Assembly: GCF_009914755.1 (NCBI RefSeq)
Contig: NC_060927.1
Source of the DNA: the human T2T-CHM13v2.0 reference genome, Homo sapiens
Length of the DNA stretch: 64,000 nt
Direction: 5' to 3' (one strand)
Position numbers and translations under genes: made by a program. Numbering within the stretch: position 1 is the stretch's first letter; each line of letters opens with the position of its first letter. Positions 56,365 through 64,000 of this stretch are shown piece by piece. The notes beneath the pieces were generated by a model. The model saw only the letters and a program-made list of their open reading frames with translations, made no database searches and was not told where the DNA came from.

Positions 56365-56658
56365 TGTGAACGCAATTTTGTGGGCTTGTTTGGATGTGTA
56401 GGAGTGTGAGTTGTTTATTGTGTGTAGGAGTGTGTGTACAGTGTATGTGTTTTATCTGTAGGACTGCGTGGAAAATGTGTGTGTTGTGAGTGGTGCGTGT
56501 GGGTAGGTGCATGTATGTTTGTGTAAGCATATGGGGGAATGTTTGAGTGTGGTGTGTGTGAACGTGTGGCATCTTTATGTGTGTGTTTGTGTAAGTGTGG
56601 GGGGAATGTGTGCATAGTGTGTGTCCTTGGTAAGGTGTGTGTCTGCGTACATGTGGGT

Positions 56659-56689
<31 letters not shown>

Positions 56690-56700
56690 TTGGGCAGGTG
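56365..56700 (+). repeat. GT-rich low-complexity tract with (TG)n
   Basis: Degenerate GT repeats. Confidence 0.85.
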
Positions 56701-56807
56701 TGGGTGGCAGGGGACAGGTGGCAAGTGGCAGATGGGGTGCTGGCAGAGATGGAATCTTGGAGGTGACAGGTACGAGGCAGAAGTATGAGGCACAGAAGAC
56801 TCTGAAC

Positions 56808-57165
56808 TGCTAGGTTCTGAATGCCGGTCCCCCTGCAAATTCCTATGTTGAAACAGAATCTCCAATGTGACAGTATAAAGAGGTGGGGCTTTAGGAGGTG
56901 CTTAGTCAGGAGGGTAGAGTCCTCATGAACGGGATGAGTGCCCTTATGAATGAGGCCCGAGGGAGCCTGTCTACCCCTTCCACCTTGTGAGGATGCAGCA
57001 GGAAGGTGCCATCTAGGAGGAAATGGGCCCTCACCAGACACTGAATATGCCTGCACCTTGACCATGGAGTTCCCAGCCTCCAGAGCTGTAAGCAATACAT
57101 TTCTGTTGTTTATATGCTACCCTGCCTATAGTGATTTGTTACGGTAGCCTGAAAGGACTAACCCA
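56808..57165 (+). mobile_element. MLT1A-type MaLR LTR
   Basis: CAAATTCCTATGTTGAAAC...GAGGTGGGGCTTTAGGAGGTG...CCAGCCTCCAGAGCTGTAAG motifs. Confidence 0.75.
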
Positions 57166-59264
57166 GGAGCACTCCCGCTGTCCTCACAAATATGAATTGC
57201 AGGAACTGGGTGGGCTCTGGGCTCATACCCTCCACTGCATGAGCTCTCTGAAGACAGGGTGAGTCTTATTCATGGCCTCACCCCAGAGCCCAGCCCCAGC
57301 TGAGCACCCGGGCTGGGTGACAGGGCTAAAGGCCATGAGGGCCCAAGGGGGGAAGCTGCTGGTGGGCCCAGCATGGTGTGAGACCCTTGTGGGCGGGCTG
57401 CAGAGGAGGCTCTGCAGTGGGGTAGCCATTAGTAGGCAAGGGTAAAAGGGCCCAGGCCATCCTTCCTGAGCTTTCCTTCATGGCATTGGCCCTGGGCGGC
57501 TCTGATCTGCCTGTCTGGCTCTCAAAACAGTCACAGCCTCTACTAGTGGCCAAAATGCCACTAGGGATTTTGAAGGGTGCTCTAGGATCAGGTATGGGTT
57601 TCTAGGGTCAGGTATGGGTTTCTGTGAGTGGATATGCTCACATTTAGATCCAGGAGTCTGCACTGCATGGACACTCCTCTGAGCCACACAGGGTTCGAAA
57701 CTGACCACATTTAACTCCTGCTAAACCACTGCATGGGTTCCAGAGCACTCTGGGGGTAGGGGCATCAGTGCCTCCCTGACCCTGACGGCTGAGGCAGATG
57801 CTACCTGCCCTATGGACCTCCTGGTGCTGCCCTGCCCTCCCTCTGCTTCCCTGCTTCCCATGACTTTAGGGCTCCCAAAGAGTAGCAGCCCAGTCTCTCC
57901 TGCATGCCCCCAGGGAGCAGGAAGGACCATGACAGCTTCAGCCCCACACCAAGGGAGGCTGGGAACAGATGGGAGTGAGTGAAGCCCTGATGAGGACACT
58001 CTAGTTAGGGTGGGGCACTGAGTCCTGGAGCTTTGGGGCCCCCAGTGTCACATAGTGTCCCTTCCACCCTTCTTGTCTCTTCTTGTCGTTCTGCCAGCCC
58101 ACCTTCCCCACTGCCACCAGCACTGTCCACACAGGGCAAACCATCACTGCATCCAGAAGGCCAGTGCTGTATACACAGCTTGCCAAGGGTTCCCAGCAAT
58201 GCTGGGGTGGCAGGGCAGAAGCGACCGCCAGGCCAACCACACTCCTCACCCAGAGTCCCCTCCCCACACCTCGGGCACCCTGCAGCCACACCTTTGCTGC
58301 TCCCCTGCTTGGCATGCCCTCCCTCCTCACCACCTCTCCAAGTCCTTCTCATCCCCAACGGCAGGAGTTCTTAACCCTTCCGTGAGCCAAGGACCCCTCT
58401 GGCAATCTGGTTAATCCTATGGACTCCTTTGAAGTATGTGAAATCAATTACATAGGATGATAAAGGGGACTACTGAGTACTGAAATAAAACTTCATCGAC
58501 ATTTGTGCTTCCTTATGAAACACATTGAACAGCGAGAACTAGCAAGAGATCTAATAAGTAGTGTGATGCTGAAACACTGATAGATGTGAAGTTCAAGATA
58601 CCTGCAACACTATGAGGTGATGGGAAGGCATCTGTGATTTCTATTGGTGGTAAAGCCATAGGCACTGCTAATGTGACTGAGTGTCACTGCCTACATTCAT
58701 CATTGAAGGACAAATCAGACGTCCTTCAGTGCTACGGACGGGTCAGTGGTTAGTGAAGATAAAGGTGCAATGTTTTCCAGCCCTGTCTGCTGACCTGCTA
58801 AATTCCACCCATGGACTACTCAGGGGCCCTCATGCTGCAAGGCTCAGCCCTAACTCCACTGCCTCGCCCTCCTGTGAGTTCCAACCACATCATGGTAGGC
58901 TCTTTCCCCCAGGCCTGAGTTGCCCTCCACAGCCCTGAGCACTTGCTAAGCGCAAGGCATGAACCCCAAATGCTGATCAGATTGAATTTTCCTGCACCTG
59001 TCATCCAAAGTGGGGTGAGGGGCTAGGGAACCACTGCTTCCCTCAGCCTCCTGGAAGCTGGTGGCTGGACACTCTTAGGGCCTGCTACGTGGGCCGTGAC
59101 TGGCAACTACTACGGTGGCTGGTGACTTATGTTCTCCAGATGCCATGCCCGGAGTGGTCCCTCCCTCTTTTGGGCTTTACCAGCTCCGGAAATTAGCTCT
59201 CCCCTCCCTGGGCGCATCTATGGGTGTTCTGGTTGGCTGCCCCAATCCCATCACCAGCCCTTCA

Positions 59265-59540
<276 letters not shown>

Positions 59541-60678
59541 TCAGTCCTGAAGACAGGCTCTGATCCCAAGGGTCCCTCCCGGGCACCAACCACAGTCTCG
59601 CTAGCACAAAGCAGGCACCAGGGAACAGTAGGACACTATCCGCTTCCCCCACTCCTTCCTTTGTGTCTTCTCAGCTTCAAAGCAGGCCCTGGGGTAGGGC
59701 TGCCCCATACCTGCCTTTCCCAGTAGTCACTACTGCAGAGCCTGTGCTTATGAAGAGATTCAAGCCAGGCAGTGCCACTCTGGGTGGTATTATCAGTCGC
59801 ATTTTCCCTGTGAGAACACTAATGCTAAAAGTGTCTCCCCCAGGGCCACAAAGCTACTTAGCAGAGAGGGCTCCATGATGGGGCAGGCAGAAGTGGGTGA
59901 GGGTATGAAGGGCCTGGGTACCCTTTGTACTGGGATTTGAGCCCAGTTTTCCTTACTTTAAGGACAGAACTCTAGTAAAGCAGGCTCTAATTCAGATGAT
60001 TCCTCAGGTGGTCAAGGGACGCTGCAGGAAGCCCACACTGCTTGCTGGAGTCCATGGCCTGTCACTTTATCTGCCCAAGTCAGGGTCATGTAAAATGAGT
60101 GGACAATGTACACACATGGCACCTCAGTTCTCCCTGTGCATGGAGGGCAGCATGGAGGAGCCTCTTCAGAGAAAGCTTCATGCCAGACGCAGCCACAAAC
60201 CAGGCTAAGCAGGCTACGGCCATAGGTTTGTGGTCTGAATGCTCTGCATGCTCACACCTAGGGCCCAGGGCATTCACAGCCCCACGCACATTGGTGCAGA
60301 CACTTCACAGGCACAGACAGTTCACAGTGCACACGCTGGGGCCTAGAGGACTGCTGTGTCTGGGGCAGGGCTGTGGCCATGGCAGGGCCTTAGACCATGC
60401 ACTGCTGGGTCAAGCCAGGTGCACACTGCTCTGTGTAGACAGCAAACGGAGAAGTGCCCCGCCCCTGCCTGGTGGTGGAAGACCGGGCTTCACAGATGAG
60501 ATACCCATGGATGAGAGTCTACCAGGTGTCCTCAAAGCTCCTAGTGTCTCAAGGGACCTTTTCCGGATGCATGGTCAGAAGCACAGACACACCACCCATG
60601 CATCCCAGAGCTCCCTGTCCAGGAGCAGTTACAGAGGAGTGGAGGGTGGCACCCTGCACCTGTGTGCCCTTGCACCTA

Positions 60679-60897
<219 letters not shown>

Positions 60898-62453
60898 TCA
60901 GATACCCAGGGAGGGGTGTGAGCTCAGTCAACACAGATCAGCTGGGTAGGGCCTTTCAGAGGGAACCGGGCCCTGCCCTGCGGCCCTGGGGAGCCACTTG
61001 CACTGTTCAGCCACCCTTTGTGGGAGAAGAATCACCCCATCTGGAAGATCACAGTGTCATGATTTGCCACATGGAATAGTGGCTTTAGGGGCCCACCTGA
61101 GAGACCTGACTCTGGGGATTCAGAGTGGAGAGTGAGAACTGGGTCACACGTGTGTGTGCATACACACACACACACACACATGCGCGCGCGACTTGGCAAG
61201 TTTGGGAACAGTGAGGGTGGGCAGAGGAGGACACAGCAGCCTCTAGGGAAGGAAGGGCCCTACTGAGTGGTGTCCCCACCATGGGAGCTCAGGAGAGTTT
61301 GGGGAAGGCCAGAGGGGTTTCTGAAGAGAACCCTCAGGCTCTGCAGATGAGAGGAGGGGAAAGGTGGCCCCGGGACTAGTCAGGGGAGCCAGGTGCACTC
61401 AAAAATCCAGGAGAGACAAGGCCACTTCTGGGCAGCCTGACCCCCCTCAGCTGCCATGATAGGCCTTGCAGGGCAGAGCAGCTATAAGGCAATACCCACC
61501 ACTCGGCAGCCTGCACACCCAAGGGGAGGGGAGGTAGCTGTCCTCAGAAGCCTCAGTTTCACACAGCCTGGTATCCCTTCTGATGTGCCTCAGGCCATGT
61601 GAACCCAGGCCCTTGCGGGCCCAGCTCCCACCTGCACTCAGGTGTGGAGGGGGCCTGTGGTCAGAAGAGAGGTGGACAGAAGGGGTGGGCAGAGCCAGGG
61701 CAGCAGGCTGGGTGGCGGGGGCATGCACCAGCGCGGGGACATGCATGCTTCCTTGTGTGATTTTTAAGGCTGTGGACAGCACCTAGGGCATTCGCCCACT
61801 TCAGGGTAACCACAGCCCTGAGGGCTTATCAGGTGTGTTCCATTACAAGAGCCTTGCAGGTCTGGCCTCTGCCTCGGCCCCCCACCCCCACCTCTGGCCC
61901 TGTGCGCCCTTGAGGCTGTGCAGTCCTGTTAAGAACACCTGCCCTGGCCTGAAGAGCCACAGTACTGGAGAAGGGTTACCAGCCTACTGCGCTTCCAGAC
62001 CCCCTTGCCTACCTTCCCAGGGAGTCCTGCACCCACAGCTGCTGGGCCGGGGTTGGCCTAGGGACCAGCGTCTTCTCCCATGGTGACACACATATAGAAG
62101 TAGCTCCTTAGGGAGCTTTCTGACAGCCAGGGAGAGGGAGGGTGCAGAGAGGCTGGAGCAGGGCCAACCTTGTGAGCATCTGCTCACACCACAAGCTGGC
62201 CTCCACTCCGAGCAGGACCAACCTGGCCCTATAAACCCCTGTCGGTTGCAGGAGGGTGGGGAGCAGTGGAAACCATGTTGGTGTTCAAAGGCAACTCACC
62301 ACTGCTCCCTGCCTTTCTGCATTCAGGGAGCAATCGCACACACATGTGTGTGCACACACATGCGTGTGCACACACATGCACACAGGCCTGGCCAGGGTCA
62401 CACCTGGGCCCTGGACCCCCTATGAGCCACCCTCCCTTAGGAGCAGAGCCTCA

Positions 62454-62699
<246 letters not shown>

Positions 62700-62783
62700 T
62701 CAGTGGTGCCCAGCTAAGGGTCCTAGGGGATAAGCCCAAAGGAACCCTCCCTGCCCCTCCCAGTCCTGATATTAGGTGCTCAC

Positions 62784-62837
62784 CGTGCGGTCCTCCAAGT
62801 ACATGGTTTTTGACAAGAAGTCAATCCCAATGGTTGC
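62784..62837 (-). CDS. RAB6B: RAB6B coding exon (switch I, ATIGIDF); upstream exons lie beyond the window
   Basis: ATIGIDFLSKTMYLEDRT; 54 nt with AG/GT boundaries. Confidence 0.97.
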
Positions 62838-63609
62838 CTGTTAGAGAAAAGCACAGAACGGTCAAAATCAAAAGGTCTCATGCAAAGGGGCAAAAGCCTA
62901 GCGACCACAGGTGGTGGCATAACCAGCAAGAGGGGACGCTCATGTCAGGTCTAATGTGGCCATGCTCTGTCCTCCCTGCCCCTCCCTGCTACCACTCAGC
63001 GGCTCTCTCACTGAGGGATCAAGCTGAGGAAAGATGAGGGTGGCCTTTATAGGGTGAGATCTTCTCTGGAGAGGGCAAGTGCTTCAGAAGCAGTGAGAGC
63101 GCAGTGGTGAGGAGGCCTCCCCAGGAGCAAGGCCACTCAGGCCACTCAACGCACATATCCTGCCCTCCCCACCTGGACTCCCTGCCTTGTTCCCTTCATG
63201 GCCTAACCTGCAGCTTCCAAAGCCTCTTCCCTCTGCCCTAAAGCATGGGCCTGGGCTCAACACTGACCTCGGGAGGGTGGGAGGCAGGGGGCAGGAGCAG
63301 GCAGCTTGCTGCTGTGTGGGTGCAAACAGCAGCATGGCTTTTCTCAGGTGCAGGCACTGCAGACCACCCAGAGTGGCCTCTCGCTGGGAGGCCCCACTGG
63401 CTCTTTTCTCCCCAAGCCAAAACACTGGAAGCTGTCACCAGCTCCCCTGTGCCACACCTATGCCTCTTCTGCCCTGGCACCTGTGAGAGGCAGCCAGCCT
63501 TGTGGCCAGATGGCCAGGACCCACCACTCACTTGCTGTGTGGCCTTGGGCAGGCAACCAACCTCTCTGGGCCTCACAGGCACCCGGTACCTGTCAGTAGG
63601 ACTGAGATG

Positions 63610-64000
63610 CTGTCAATGTAAAATGGAGATATCACTGCTATGTAATCAATAATAACAAAGACTTGGACACAGCCTGAATGTCCACGGCACTAAATAAGCA
63701 TAGTGTGGTATATCCATGTGATTAGAACCCTTGGCAGCTGTTAACAATCACATTCTTGAAAAAATATTTAAGGATTTGGGGAAACGGTTATCCAGTTAAA
63801 AAAACAAATAAACAAAAAACAGGTTATAAAACATCATGTGGCGAGTGATCCCAATTAGATTAACTCAAATAGATCTATGAGTATTTTTCATGTTTTCTTA
63901 GACACTGAAGTGAAGGGAATCTGCTAACATGTTAATAGCATCACGGTCTGAATAGTGACAGAGCATTTTCTTTCCTTCATTACACTCCTTCATTACACTT
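63610..64000 (+). mobile_element. Old L1 (L1ME-like) 3' remnant
   Basis: AAAGACTTGGACACAGCCTGAATGTCCA...TGTGGTATATCCATG motifs. Confidence 0.5.

Noticed and set aside
57581-57620. 20-bp tandem duplication TCTAGGRTCAGGTATGGGTT
   Set aside because: Simple intronic slippage duplication with no sign of function.

Overview
Human (primate) genomic DNA consistent with the TF-SRPRB-RAB6B locus on 3q22. The complete 7-exon SRPRB CDS (+, 27048-40961, 816 nt = 271 aa) and the last six coding exons plus long 3' UTR of RAB6B (-) can be assembled exactly from the sequence; the first ~200 bp look like the end of the transferrin (TF) 3' UTR. The most striking element is a full-length (~5 kb net) retrocopy of the lncRNA NORAD (4900-20094, + strand), recognised from recalled sequence and its internal repeat units. 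It sits in an old L1 and is split by three later insertions, each with target-site duplications: a MER1-type hAT, a young SVA, and an 8.6-kb MER57/MER51-type ERV that itself holds an AluY. The copy keeps a CpG-rich 5' end with a strong splice donor that could feed an acceptor just upstream of SRPRB, and it lies in sense orientation downstream of TF. Other notable items are a perfect 33-bp inverted repeat ~680 nt apart in the RAB6B 3' UTR, a U12-type last intron in RAB6B, and a tailless U2 snRNA retro-fragment with a 17-bp TSD. Family names of old repeats are from memory and approximate; no alignment was run.
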